Source: Pseudomonadota bacterium (lineage in GTDB: Bacteria > UBA10199 > 2-02-FULL-44-16 > DYJF01). From it: a DNA stretch of 64,000 nt. The notes under the pieces were generated by a model. It made no database searches. It had not been told where the DNA came from and saw only the letters and a program-made list of their open reading frames with translations. Below, piece by piece: positions 35,118-46,758 of the stretch. Within the stretch, counting starts at the first letter, position 1, and each line of letters begins with the position of its first letter. The translations under genes were made by a program, and so were the position numbers. The stretch lies in NCBI GenBank assembly GCA_043823065.1, contig JBDRBB010000001.1:64001-128000 (forward strand). The letters run 5' to 3'.

Positions 35118-35498
35118 TTACTTTAGATATTTTCCCAAAATACGGGGCAGGTCTTCCATGGTCTCTCTGGTCTTAACCAGGTATTCGTTAATACCACTTT
35201 TTATAATTTTAGCAGCCAAAGCTTCATTGCCACTACCAGTAATCACAATTACTGGGATATGATCATATTTTTGCTTAATTTTTTTGATATTATTTACCAC
35301 AGATTGACCATTTAGGTCGCTGGTGGTCAAGATGATGTGATATTTGTTATTTTTTAAAAAATCATCAGCAGCATTAATATTATCTACAATGTGCACTATA
35401 ATGGGTGAAAAATGACGATCTAAGATATCGGTTAATAGCTCAGCATGGGCATGATTATCTTCTATAACCAGAACATAATATGTTTTTTTGGAACTCAT
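35118..35498 (-). CDS. Single-domain receiver protein (atypical phosphoacceptor site)
   Basis: VLVIEDN, PVIVITG and YLVK receiver motifs; beta3 ends IILTTSD rather than ILLD. Confidence 0.85.
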   Translation of the reverse strand: MSSKKTYYVLVIEDNHAHAELLTDILDRHFSPIIVHIVDNINAADDFLKNNKYHIILTTSDLNGQSVVNNIKKIKQKYDHIPVIVITGSGNEALAAKIIKSGINEYLVKTRETMEDLPRILGKYLK

Positions 35499-35510
35499 TA
35501 TAACTCCTTA

Positions 35511-37274
35511 TTACATATCTAAACTTCGGGAAGGAGAAGGGAGCAGATGCCCAATTTCTTTCATCAGAAAATTGCGAATTTCAGCCCCAGTTGACATTTT
35601 TAAGACTTTATTCAGAATTTTTTTAGCTTGTTCTCTGGTTATAGAGCGCATCATGCGTTTAACCTTTGGGATAGATATGGGATTCATGGATAATGATTCT
35701 AATTCCATACCAATCAAGAGTACAATAATTAGAGGATCTCCAGCCATTTCGCCACAAATGGAAACAGGTATTTTTGCCGCCTTTGCTGCTTCCACTGTTT
35801 GTTTGACCATATGCAAGACAGCAGGGTGAAGTGTATCATACATATCAGATACTAATTCATTACCTCGATCTACGGCCAAAGAGTATTGAGTCAGGTCATT
35901 AGTACCAATTGAAAAGAAATCAACTTCCTTAGCCATGAATTTAGCTAAAGTGGCAGCTGCTGGCACTTCAATCATAATGCCAATAGGCACATCATCTTTA
36001 AATTCAATTTTTTTCTGCGCCAGTTCTTTTTTAACAGATTCAATGATTTTTTTTGCCTTAAGAATTTCATCAATACTGGCAATCATTGGCAATAAAATGC
36101 GCAATGAACCATGTATGCTTGCTCGATATAAAGCGCGCAACTGTGTCTTAAAAAGAGGTATTTCTCGCAGACAAAGCCGAATAGCCCTTAGGCCCAAAGC
36201 AGGATTTATTTGATCTTCATAGTTTTGACCAACTGGCAATTTGTCTCCGCCTAAATCAATGGTGCGAATGGTCACAGTTTTCGGGTAAAGTTCTTTGAGA
36301 ATTCTAACATAGTTTTGATATTGTTCTTCTTCTGTTGGTTCATCATAGCGATTTAAGAAAAGGTATTCTGTGCGATACAAACCAATTCCTTCAGCTCCAT
36401 GCTGAACAATAGAAGGCAGCTCTTCCACAATTTCCATGTTAGCTTCCAGGCGCATATGAAAACCATCTTTAGTAACTGTGGGTAGATGAATATCTTGAAG
36501 TAATATCTTTTCCAAAGCAGCATATTTATTTTGAATAGCTTTGTATTGACCTAATTCTTTGCCTGAAGGGGAGGCAATAATTAGACCTTTAATGCCATCT
36601 AAAACTAGAATTTCATTTTCTTGGATTTGGTCAGTAATTTCCTTAATGCCAAAGATTGCCGGAATTTCCAGAGAGCGAGCAATAATAGCAGTATGGGAAG
36701 TTACACCCCCGGTTTCCATGACAAATCCTTTAACTCGGTCCCTGTGCAGAGTGGCTACTTCTGCAGGTGAAAGATCATAGCTAATAATAATTGTGTCTTC
36801 CAAAGGGATATCTTCAATAGTGATTTCTTCATGCCCCAAAAGATTGTTCATTACGCGTCGTCCGGCGTAATCAATATCCTGCTTGCGATCTTTAAAGTAA
36901 TCTTCATGAACATTGACAAATGATAAGCGCAAATCGCCTAGAGTTTTATCCAGGGCCCATTCAGCATTAATCTTAAGATTTTGGATATGCAAAACAGTGG
37001 CATTAACCAACATATCATCCTGGAGAAAAGCGCGTTGAGATTCCAAAATATCAATTTGATCATGGCCTTCATATCGGCAAAGCTTGGCTTGAATACGGGA
37101 GATTTGTTCCTTGGAAATAAAAACCGCTTTCTTAAAACGATTGATTTCTGGATCAACATCCTGATCGCGAATCCAGGTTTTAATAAAAATATTGCCGTGG
37201 TGACGCAGGTGCAAAGCTTTACCAATTGCTATACCAGGAGAGGTGGCGTGTGATTGAAAACGTCTTGTTTTCAT
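35511..37274 (-). CDS. ptsI: PTS enzyme I
   Basis: GGVTSHTAIIARS, GIGLYRTE and FSIGTNDLTQY motifs. Confidence 0.96.
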   Translation of the reverse strand: MKTRRFQSHATSPGIAIGKALHLRHHGNIFIKTWIRDQDVDPEINRFKKAVFISKEQISRIQAKLCRYEGHDQIDILESQRAFLQDDMLVNATVLHIQNLKINAEWALDKTLGDLRLSFVNVHEDYFKDRKQDIDYAGRRVMNNLLGHEEITIEDIPLEDTIIISYDLSPAEVATLHRDRVKGFVMETGGVTSHTAIIARSLEIPAIFGIKEITDQIQENEILVLDGIKGLIIASPSGKELGQYKAIQNKYAALEKILLQDIHLPTVTKDGFHMRLEANMEIVEELPSIVQHGAEGIGLYRTEYLFLNRYDEPTEEEQYQNYVRILKELYPKTVTIRTIDLGGDKLPVGQNYEDQINPALGLRAIRLCLREIPLFKTQLRALYRASIHGSLRILLPMIASIDEILKAKKIIESVKKELAQKKIEFKDDVPIGIMIEVPAAATLAKFMAKEVDFFSIGTNDLTQYSLAVDRGNELVSDMYDTLHPAVLHMVKQTVEAAKAAKIPVSICGEMAGDPLIIVLLIGMELESLSMNPISIPKVKRMMRSITREQAKKILNKVLKMSTGAEIRNFLMKEIGHLLPSPSRSLDM

Positions 37275-37543
37275 TCTTCTCCAAATTTATTTTCAATTAA
37301 ATTGGCTAGGGCTTCTAAGGCTTCTTCAGCATCATCGCCAATGATTTCAATGTTAATTACCATACCTTTGGCAGCTGCCAACATCAGTACGCCCATAATA
37401 CTTTTGCCATTCACTTTTGTGGTGTCTTTAGAGACAATAATTTCAGCGCTAAAGCGGTTGGCAATCTTTACAAAAGAAGCTGCAGCTCTGGCATGCAGAC
37501 CCAATTGATTTTTTATGGTAAATTCACCTTTTGTTTTATTCAT
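37271..37543 (-). CDS. ptsH: Phosphocarrier HPr
   Basis: GLHARAAA (His15) and GKSIMG (Ser46). Confidence 0.95.
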   Translation of the reverse strand: MNKTKGEFTIKNQLGLHARAAASFVKIANRFSAEIIVSKDTTKVNGKSIMGVLMLAAAKGMVINIEIIGDDAEEALEALANLIENKFGEE

Positions 37544-37949
37544 GACTAGTATGTCCATCTAAAATATGGCTGGCAATGACAATATTTTTTTGGCCATATT
37601 CTTGAATAAATTTAATGACATTATCTATGCTATGATCTTTGCTGTAACTAGCTAGCTTAATTAGCATGGGCAGATTAACTCCAGATACCACTTCCAATTT
37701 GGGTTGGGAAAGAAAAGATAAACACACATTGGAAGGTGTTCCACCAAACATATCAGTTAAGATCAAAACACCGTCATATCTATTAAATTCTTTTAGCACG
37801 CCTTCAATTTTTTCTCTGATAGAAGCAGGTGGTTCATTTTGCTGAACGCTAATCCCTTTAAAATTTACAGCTTCTGGAATAATATTTTGCGTGGCTTTTA
37901 CCATTTCTAGCCCAATATCTAAATGGGCAACAACTACCACACCGATCAT
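37536..37949 (-). CDS. PTS EIIA, mannose/fructose family
   Basis: GVVVVAH, LTDMFGGTPSN and GVNLPML motifs. Confidence 0.92.
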   Translation of the reverse strand: MIGVVVVAHLDIGLEMVKATQNIIPEAVNFKGISVQQNEPPASIREKIEGVLKEFNRYDGVLILTDMFGGTPSNVCLSFLSQPKLEVVSGVNLPMLIKLASYSKDHSIDNVIKFIQEYGQKNIVIASHILDGHTSHE

Positions 37950-37960
37950 AGCTCACCTCG

Positions 37961-38929
37961 TTATTCTAGTAATCCTCGTAATTTATCCTTAACATCTCCT
38001 GCAGCTAATAATTCTTTATTGAGCTTTTCCTGAAATTCTCTAGCTGAATGATGTCCACCAAGTTTTAGCAAATAGTTTCTGGCGGCAACCTCAATAATGG
38101 CAGATAAGTTGCGGCCAGGTCGAACTGGAATCTGTACTAGAGGTAAATTAACATCAAGCATATTATATTGCTGATCATCAATGCCCAGACGATCATACTC
38201 AATTTTAGGATCCCACTCTGTTAATTCTATAACCATTTCAATCAACTTTTTATCCCGGACTGTGGAAATACCAAATAGGTCACGAATATTGATGATGCCC
38301 AGTCCCCGAATTTCCATGTGATATCTGATGATTTCCGAACCTGTGCCAAACAATGCAGAAGGAGGTTGCTTCTTGATGTTTACAATGTCGTCTGCGACCA
38401 GCCTGTGTCCACGCAAAATAAGATCTAGTGCACATTCGCTTTTGCCAATGCCGCTTTTGCCAATAATTAAAATGCCCACGCCAAAAACATCTAGTAAAAC
38501 GCCATGAATACAGGTAGAAGCAGAAAGGGCTTCTTCCAAGAATTTAGTTACGCGATTAACAAAAGTAGAAGTCAAGAGCTTAGTGCGAAAAATAGGCACG
38601 CGTTTTTTTTCGCACATGGCGATTAAATGTTTGGGAGCCTTAGCGTTGTTAGTAATTACAAAACAGGCAATATCAACTTCGCAAATTTTGCTGGTAATAT
38701 CTTTTAGCTTATCATCTGTTAGAGATCTTAAATAGCGAATTTCTGATTTGCCCAGAACTTCAATGCGAGCTGGGTGTAAATTAGAAACATCTCCGGTTAA
38801 AGCTAAGCCAGGTTTTTGAATGCGGGGAATAGAAATTTTTTTACCCAAACCCTTTTCCCCAGCCAAGATTTCCAGCTTCAGATTATGCTTGGTGTCTTTA
38901 AGTAGATTGATGACAGGAATAGAAAACAT
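37961..38929 (-). CDS. hprK: HPr kinase/phosphorylase
   Basis: GKSGIGKSE, GHRLVADD and EIRGLGII motifs. Confidence 0.96.
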   Translation of the reverse strand: MFSIPVINLLKDTKHNLKLEILAGEKGLGKKISIPRIQKPGLALTGDVSNLHPARIEVLGKSEIRYLRSLTDDKLKDITSKICEVDIACFVITNNAKAPKHLIAMCEKKRVPIFRTKLLTSTFVNRVTKFLEEALSASTCIHGVLLDVFGVGILIIGKSGIGKSECALDLILRGHRLVADDIVNIKKQPPSALFGTGSEIIRYHMEIRGLGIINIRDLFGISTVRDKKLIEMVIELTEWDPKIEYDRLGIDDQQYNMLDVNLPLVQIPVRPGRNLSAIIEVAARNYLLKLGGHHSAREFQEKLNKELLAAGDVKDKLRGLLE

Positions 38930-39390
38930 TATTGGCTTTTGTCCTCCCTGATTATGGCTTCGTATATAGCTGAAGAGTTGGCTGCCTTCAAGAGTTGATT
39001 GCGAAAATCAGCTCGTTTCAATAAACGGGAGAGGCGGGCCAACACTTTTAAGTGGAGTGTGGTAGATCCTTCCGGAGCTAAAAGCACAAAAAATAAATGA
39101 CTTGGTTTGCCATCGTGCGCTTGAAAATCTATACCCTCAATTTTACGAGCAAAAGCGACAATTGTCCTATCTAATCCAGTAATTTTTGCATGTGGAATAG
39201 CAACTCCATCTTCAATCCCAGTAGAACCAAGCTCTTCTCTTTTAGTCAAGGCTCGAGCCACATTTTCTTTTGAGATCAGAGGCTGACTTTTAGAAATTTT
39301 TTCAGATAATTCGCTAATCAGATCTAATTTGTTATTTGCTTTTAAGTCAGACCAGACCAGGCCTGGTTGAATAAATTCCCCAAGAAACAT
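38929..39390 (-). CDS. ptsN: PTS EIIA(Ntr)-like protein
   Basis: REELGSTGIEDGVAIPH motif; lies in the rpoN operon. Confidence 0.9.
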   Translation of the reverse strand: MFLGEFIQPGLVWSDLKANNKLDLISELSEKISKSQPLISKENVARALTKREELGSTGIEDGVAIPHAKITGLDRTIVAFARKIEGIDFQAHDGKPSHLFFVLLAPEGSTTLHLKVLARLSRLLKRADFRNQLLKAANSSAIYEAIIREDKSQ

Positions 39391-39399
39391 AATTAGTTG

Positions 39400-39696
39400 T
39401 TATTCTCCCTTATGCCCTTTGATGCGATCTTTAGTTTTACGAAGTTGGTGTTCCATTTTGGAAACTGCATCATCCAGGGAAGTATACATATCACTACTTT
39501 CACCTTTGCTGAAATAGGAAACACCATTATGTTGAAAAGTTATTTCAACAGTATGATACACACCGTCAATTTTAAAAATAACATGCGGACTTACAGGTTT
39601 GTTTAAATACTTTTGCAGCTTAGCCAATTTGGTAGAAGTTCTACCTTTTAGGGCCTCTGTGCCTTCAGTATTTCTGAAGGTAAATGTTGCATCCAT
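39400..39696 (-). CDS. hpf: Ribosome hibernation promoting factor (short)
   Basis: DMYTSLDDAVSKMEHQLRK motif; follows rpoN. Confidence 0.9.
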   Translation of the reverse strand: MDATFTFRNTEGTEALKGRTSTKLAKLQKYLNKPVSPHVIFKIDGVYHTVEITFQHNGVSYFSKGESSDMYTSLDDAVSKMEHQLRKTKDRIKGHKGE

Positions 39697-39707
39697 AATT
39701 CCTCCAC

Positions 39708-41180
39708 TTATTTGTATCTTCGTCTGGAAGACGAGGGGATCTTAAGCACTTCTCTATACTTGGCAACAGTACGACGTGCAATATCAATATTATGCTGCTT
39801 TAAGTTTTCAGCTATAGCTTGATCGGAAAGCGGGCTTTTAGGATCTTCTCCAGCAATTAAGCGGTTTATTCTGGCCTTAACTGCCTCTGATGCTATGCCT
39901 CCACCTTCAAGTTGTTGCAAGCCTGTATTAAAAAAGAATTTTAGTTCAAAAATACCCCGGGGGGTATGCATATATTTATTAGTGGTTACACGGCTAACTG
40001 TTGATTCGTGCATGCCAATGTCTTCAGCCACATCTCTTAAAACTAAAGGCTTTAAGCTGGCTATGCCTTTATCAAAGAATTTCTTTTGATATTTTACAAT
40101 GCTTTTGGATACTCGATATAAGGTGCGTTGTCGTTGATGAATGCTTTTGATCAACCAGAGAGCAGAACGCAGGCGGTCTTGGACATAGCTCTTGGTTTGG
40201 GCATTAGCTTCAGAACCCTTCATTAATGTGCGGCGATAAAAGTTGCTGATGCGTAGCTTGGGCAAGCCATCTTCATTAAGAAAAATTTCATAATCATCAC
40301 CTTGTTTTTGAACATACACATCTGGAACAATATATTGAGGCGATTCTTGAAGATAGGGCCTACCAGGCTTGGGATCTAACCCAGAAATAATTTGTTCTAT
40401 GCTTTTTATTTCTTCTTCTGTTGTTTCCAGTTTTTTGGCAATTACATTATATTTATGATGCTCTAAATCATGAAGATGATCTTTAATAACGGAAATGAAA
40501 AGGGGCGAGTCTTTACCTAATTGTTTTGCTTGCAATAGTAAACATTCAACAAGATCTCTGGCAGCTACTCCTGGTGGATCAAAATCCTGAATTTTTTGCA
40601 AAACAGTTTTGACTTGTGTAATATCTGACTGTGTTTTTTTAGCAAGATCTTCTAATTCAACATGCAGGTAGCCATCATCATTTATGTTGCCAATTATTTC
40701 AGTACCGATATTTTTCTCAGCCTCAGGCATTAAACTTAAATGAAGTTGCCACATTAAATGGTCTTGCAGGGATTCACTCTGAGAGATGACGTTTTCAAAA
40801 GTTTGACCTTCCTCAACTGCTTCATATTCACCATCAAAATCCGGAGCATTATAGGTGCCAATGTAGTTTTCCCAATCAAAATTAGCAGGCTCCTTGAGTT
40901 CACCGTCTTTTTGCCCAATTTCATCACTAGTATGATCGTGGCCATGATCTTCTAATTTTGCTTCTTCGTGTTTTTCACCCTCAGCTTTTTTTTCCTCTTC
41001 CTTGGCCTGCTCTTCTCCTTCTTCGGCATTTTCCAGAACTGGATTTTCCAATAGTTCTGTTTGAACCAGGTTAGAGAGTTCAAGTCTTGATAATTGCAGT
41101 AATTTTATAGCTTGTTGCAATTGGGGGGTGATTACTAGGGATTGTTCTAAACGAGCTCTTTGTTTGATTTCTATAGCCAT
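39708..41180 (-). CDS. rpoN: RNA polymerase sigma-54
   Basis: PQLQQAIKLLQL, HESTVSR and RpoN box ARRTVAKYRE. Confidence 0.98.
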   Translation of the reverse strand: MAIEIKQRARLEQSLVITPQLQQAIKLLQLSRLELSNLVQTELLENPVLENAEEGEEQAKEEEKKAEGEKHEEAKLEDHGHDHTSDEIGQKDGELKEPANFDWENYIGTYNAPDFDGEYEAVEEGQTFENVISQSESLQDHLMWQLHLSLMPEAEKNIGTEIIGNINDDGYLHVELEDLAKKTQSDITQVKTVLQKIQDFDPPGVAARDLVECLLLQAKQLGKDSPLFISVIKDHLHDLEHHKYNVIAKKLETTEEEIKSIEQIISGLDPKPGRPYLQESPQYIVPDVYVQKQGDDYEIFLNEDGLPKLRISNFYRRTLMKGSEANAQTKSYVQDRLRSALWLIKSIHQRQRTLYRVSKSIVKYQKKFFDKGIASLKPLVLRDVAEDIGMHESTVSRVTTNKYMHTPRGIFELKFFFNTGLQQLEGGGIASEAVKARINRLIAGEDPKSPLSDQAIAENLKQHNIDIARRTVAKYREVLKIPSSSRRRYK

Positions 41181-41186
41181 AGGTTA

Positions 41187-41215
41187 ATATTAAGTCTAGG
41201 TTGTTTGAAAGTCAA
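41187..41215 (-). promoter_or_regulatory. sigma70-type promoter of rpoN (probably leaderless)
   Basis: TTGACT-N17-TAATAT-N6-ATG. Confidence 0.55.
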
Positions 41216-41238
41216 TCTTGACACTAAATAGCGTGATT

Positions 41239-42987
<1,749 letters not shown>

Positions 42988-43006
42988 CTATGTCTAAAAA
43001 TCTTAC

Positions 43007-43045
43007 AAAAAAGCCCCACTTAATAGTGGGGCGTTGTTTTTTTTT
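43007..43045. terminator. Terminator downstream of rpsI (possibly bidirectional)
   Basis: A6-GCCCCACT-TAAT-AGTGGGGC followed by a T-rich tract. Confidence 0.75.
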
Positions 43046-43074
43046 GTCATTGCCAGACTTGATCGGGCAATCCA
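43045..43074. repeat. REP-like half element
   Basis: TGTCATTGCCAGACTTGATCGGGCAATCCA, with the same TGTCAT start as families A and B. Confidence 0.55.
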
Positions 43075-43085
43075 AGGAGATAAAC

Positions 43086-43532
43086 TTAGCGTTTTGAATA
43101 TTGTGGTTTTCTTCTTGCTTTTCTGCAACCAACTTTACGTCTTTCTTTTTCTCTAGCATCTCTGGTTAAGTAACCAGCATTTTTTAAGGGCTTGCGCAAA
43201 TCTGGATTCATCTCAATTAAAGCTCTGGCAATTCCATGACGGATAGCATCTGCTTGACCAGAAAGTCCGCCACCGCAAACATTGGCATAGATATCAAATT
43301 TACCTACTGTGCCAGTCACATCAAAAGCCTGATTAATAACAAGCTGTAAATTTTTGCGACCAAAATATTCTTCAGCAGCGTGCTCGTTAACATTAATTTT
43401 ACCATCGCCTGGGCGTAGATAAATTCTGGCAATTGAGGTTTTGCGTTTCCCAATAGCATGAAACTGAGTACGTTTCTTTTCTTTTGGTTTTCTTGTTGTC
43501 GGTGTTGCGATGGTAGTATCTGTTGCCTGCAT
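43086..43532 (-). CDS. rpsI: 30S ribosomal protein S9
   Basis: GGGLSGQADAIRHGIARAL motif and C-terminal QYSKR. Confidence 0.97.
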   Translation of the reverse strand: MQATDTTIATPTTRKPKEKKRTQFHAIGKRKTSIARIYLRPGDGKINVNEHAAEEYFGRKNLQLVINQAFDVTGTVGKFDIYANVCGGGLSGQADAIRHGIARALIEMNPDLRKPLKNAGYLTRDAREKERRKVGCRKARRKPQYSKR

Positions 43533-43546
43533 TAAAAACTCCTTAT

Positions 43547-43978
43547 TTACAATTCAATAGATTTTGGAGATTGGGCCACATGTGGATGATCAGCTCCAGA
43601 ATATATTTTTAGTTTTGCTAACTGATGTTTGGAAAGGGTGTTTTTTGGTAACATTCCCCAAACTGCGTCGCGAATTAAACGTTCTGGTTCTCTGTCTAAA
43701 ACTTCTTGAGCTGTCTTTTCTTTTAAACCGCCTGGATAGCCAGAATGATCATAGTACATTTTAGCATCCCATTTACGACCAGTTAGATGGACTTTGCTGG
43801 CATTAATGGCTATGACAAAACAACCTGTATCTATGTGAGGAGTAAAGGTAGCTTTATCTTTTCCTCTCAAGAGATTGGCAATTTTAGAAGCTGCTCGACC
43901 CAAAACTTTGTTTTCTAGGTCAACAATAACCCAATTTCTTTCAGTTTCTTGGGGGGTGGCGAAAAATGTTTTTTGCAT
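43547..43978 (-). CDS. rplM: 50S ribosomal protein L13
   Basis: LGRAAS, HSGYPGGLK and GMLPKN motifs. Confidence 0.97.
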   Translation of the reverse strand: MQKTFFATPQETERNWVIVDLENKVLGRAASKIANLLRGKDKATFTPHIDTGCFVIAINASKVHLTGRKWDAKMYYDHSGYPGGLKEKTAQEVLDREPERLIRDAVWGMLPKNTLSKHQLAKLKIYSGADHPHVAQSPKSIEL

Positions 43979-44047
43979 AGTTTTACCTCATTAGAGCTGC
44001 CAGCTTCTATAGGAGTTTGGCCCAGATGTCAAATAAAAATCGTATGG

Positions 44048-45205
44048 TTACGAGACTGGGGATAACTCCCTTAGACGCTTTACTATTCCTTGCATCTTTT
44101 CGATAATAAAGGACATTTCCTCTTTTGTATTAAAACGGCTCAGGCTGAAGCGGATAGAACCATGGGCCCTGGTAAAAGGTACTTTCATGGCCCTGAGCAC
44201 GTGAGAGGGCTCTAAAGAGCCGGAAGAGCAGGCTGAACCAGAGGAAGCACAAATCCCAAATTCATTTAGCATGAGCAAAATTGCCTCACCTTCAATGCTT
44301 TCAAAGCTAATATTGGCTGTATTGGGCAGGCGGTTTTGTTTATCGCCATTTAAGAATGATTTGGGGATGCTTTCTAAAAGTCCATTTTCAAGCTGATCTC
44401 GAAGATTTTTTACTTTGCCAGATTCCTCTTTCATGTATTTTTGAGCTAATTCACAGGCCTTGCTTAAGCCAATGATAGAGGGCACATTTAAGGTGCCAGC
44501 CCTGCGGCTTTGCTCGTGATGTCCGCCAATCAACCACGGCGCAAACTTTGTGCCGCGTTTAATATATAAAGCTCCAATGCCCTTTGGAGCATTAACTTTA
44601 TGGCCAGAAATGGCTAAATATGTAATAGGTGTTTTTTGTAAATCAATTGGAATTTTGCCAGCAGATTGCACTGCATCAGTATGAAAGGGGATACTTTTTT
44701 CTGCACAAATTTCAGCAATTTCCTGCATGGGAAAAATTACCCCTGTTTCATTATTGGCCCACATAATTGAGACAATAGCTGTATCATTTCTTAGGCTGGC
44801 CTTAAATTCTTCCAAGTCCAAATTTCCTTTTTCATCAACTCCTAGAAAAGTTACATTATATCCTTCTTTGTCTTGCAGATATTTACAAAGTTCTAAAACA
44901 GCAGGGTGTTCAACAGCAGTGGTTACAATATGTTTTTTATCAGGTTGAGTGATTAAGGCTGCGCGAATAGCTGTGTTATCACTTTCAGTACCGCAGCCAG
45001 TAAACACAATTTCACTAGGCCTGGAGGCTCCTAAAAAATTGGCAATATTTTCTCTGGCATCGTCAACGTGCTTGCCTACCTGACCGCCAAAACTATGCAT
45101 GCTGTTAGGATTGCCGTACAGTTTTCCAAAAAAAGGCAGCATGGCTTCAATGACTTCTGGGAGAACTTCTGTGGTCGCATTGTTATCAACATAAATAGTC
45201 TTCAC
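44048..45205 (-). CDS. nifS: Cysteine desulfurase, NifS/IscS type
   Basis: YVDNNATT, SGHK and SSGSACSSG motifs. Confidence 0.93.
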   Translation of the reverse strand: MKTIYVDNNATTEVLPEVIEAMLPFFGKLYGNPNSMHSFGGQVGKHVDDARENIANFLGASRPSEIVFTGCGTESDNTAIRAALITQPDKKHIVTTAVEHPAVLELCKYLQDKEGYNVTFLGVDEKGNLDLEEFKASLRNDTAIVSIMWANNETGVIFPMQEIAEICAEKSIPFHTDAVQSAGKIPIDLQKTPITYLAISGHKVNAPKGIGALYIKRGTKFAPWLIGGHHEQSRRAGTLNVPSIIGLSKACELAQKYMKEESGKVKNLRDQLENGLLESIPKSFLNGDKQNRLPNTANISFESIEGEAILLMLNEFGICASSGSACSSGSLEPSHVLRAMKVPFTRAHGSIRFSLSRFNTKEEMSFIIEKMQGIVKRLRELSPVS

Positions 45206-46047
45206 TATTTAACCTCCTTAACTTTAATATCTGGGGAAATTTCTTTTTGCAGCTCTTTTTCAATAAAACTGCTAATGGTCATATCTGAATGAGGGCAAGA
45301 AGCGCAAGCACCTTTTAGGCGAATAAAAACAGTGTAATGATCTACATCTACAAGTTCCAAATCACCGCTATCATATTTTAGGGCAGGGCGGATGCGCTTA
45401 TTCATCAGCTCTTCCACGCGATGCATGATTTGCAAATTTGTCCATTCGTGTTTTTCTGTTGTTGTTGGCTGGACAGTTTGTTTGCCTTGAACTTTATCCA
45501 AAATATGCTGAATTTCCTCATGGCAAAGCTGGCAGCCGCCGCCAGCCTTGGTGTAATCAGTAACTTGTTCAATGGTGGTGAGATTATTTTCCTTGGCCAC
45601 GCGCTCAATTTCTTTGTCGGTTACGCCAAAACATTTACAAATTACTTTGCCTTCTAACTCATGTTTGACAGGTGCTTCGCCGCGATAGTTTTTAATTGCC
45701 GCTTCTAAAGCTTCCCGTCCCATAACTGAACAATGCATTTTTTCTTCAGGAAGGCCGCCTAAAAAATTGGCAATATCCCTGTTGGTGAGTTTTTCTGCTT
45801 GATCAAGGGTCAGGCCTTTGATCATTTCAGTTAAAGCAGAGCTGGAAGCAATTGCTGAAGCACAACCAAAAGTCTTGAACTTGGCATCTTTGATGTGTTT
45901 TTTTTCATTATCTAATTTAAATGTAAGCCGTAGCATATCACCGCAAGCCAAAGAGCCAACCTCGCCTGTGCCGTCTGGATTTTCTATCTCACCCACGTTT
46001 CTGGGGTGCAGGAAATGGTCAATAACCTTATCTGTATATTTCCACAT
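45205..46047 (-). CDS. nifU: Fe-S scaffold NifU (IscU + BFD-like + Nfu domains)
   Basis: ACGD, FGCASAIAS, KMHCS, ICKCFGV, GGGCQLC and GACASC motifs. Confidence 0.95.
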   Translation of the reverse strand: MWKYTDKVIDHFLHPRNVGEIENPDGTGEVGSLACGDMLRLTFKLDNEKKHIKDAKFKTFGCASAIASSSALTEMIKGLTLDQAEKLTNRDIANFLGGLPEEKMHCSVMGREALEAAIKNYRGEAPVKHELEGKVICKCFGVTDKEIERVAKENNLTTIEQVTDYTKAGGGCQLCHEEIQHILDKVQGKQTVQPTTTEKHEWTNLQIMHRVEELMNKRIRPALKYDSGDLELVDVDHYTVFIRLKGACASCPHSDMTISSFIEKELQKEISPDIKVKEVK

Positions 46048-46068
46048 AATTAAATCTCCTTTAAATTG

Positions 46069-46189
46069 CGTATTTTACTGAAGACTCTCGGCCGACTTTT
46101 CTCGCTTACTTCCAAACATTACGAATATACGATATTTGGTTGCAAGCCAGTGCGCTCGAAAAGCCGCCCTACGTCATCAGCAAAATACG
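46069..46189. repeat. ~115-bp hairpin element, copy 2
   Basis: Inverted copy of 34994-35110, lying between merR and nifU. Confidence 0.85.
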
Positions 46190-46192
46190 ACA

Positions 46193-46654
46193 CTACAAAA
46201 TAGCTTTAATAAGCTCGGTCAATTCATCTTGGCGTTCATCCAAACATTTATGGCATTTATAATCATCAACTGGTTGATGGCATTTTTCGCAGCGTTTAAT
46301 AGCTAAAATGGAATCTTCCAGTTGTTTTATTCCAGCACGCAGCTTTTTTACTTTGGTTTCTAATTCGTTTTTGCGATTGAGCAGGGCAGCATGAAGCCTG
46401 GGCGATATATCATGGGGCGAACCTTGCTGACAAATCTTCAGGAGGTCTTTGATTTCATCTAGGGACATGCCTAGTTCTTTTAATAATAAAACAATTTTTA
46501 GACGATTTACTTGAGTATCATCATATACCCTAAATTTACCTTCGCTTCGGCTGGGTTTAATAAACCCAAGTTCCTCATAATAGCGAATAGTCCTCTGGGA
46601 TATACCTAAATTTTTGGCAATTTCCCCAATATAATAATTGAGCTGTTCTTCCAT
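46193..46654 (-). CDS. MerR-family regulator with C-terminal CxxC-x8-CxxC
   Basis: IGEIAKNLGISQRTIRYYEELG HTH; CEKCHQPVDDYKCHKC. Confidence 0.9.
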   Translation of the reverse strand: MEEQLNYYIGEIAKNLGISQRTIRYYEELGFIKPSRSEGKFRVYDDTQVNRLKIVLLLKELGMSLDEIKDLLKICQQGSPHDISPRLHAALLNRKNELETKVKKLRAGIKQLEDSILAIKRCEKCHQPVDDYKCHKCLDERQDELTELIKAIL

Positions 46655-46661
46655 AACTATT

Positions 46662-46691
46662 ATTATATTCCAACCTTAACGTTAATGTCAA
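46662..46691 (-). promoter_or_regulatory. merR promoter with dyad operator in the spacer
   Basis: TTGACA-N18-TATAAT, with palindrome TTAACGTTAA (46676-46685) adjoining the -35. Confidence 0.7.
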
Positions 46692-46758
46692 TGTATGTTT
46701 AAAAGTCAGACGGACTAAATATTCAAGCATACAAAGCAGGTTGTACAACCTACGTTTT

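Noticed and set aside
44048..46047. nifU/nifS as evidence of nitrogen fixation
   Set aside because: No nifHDK in the window; NifUS serves as a housekeeping Fe-S system in many non-diazotrophs.
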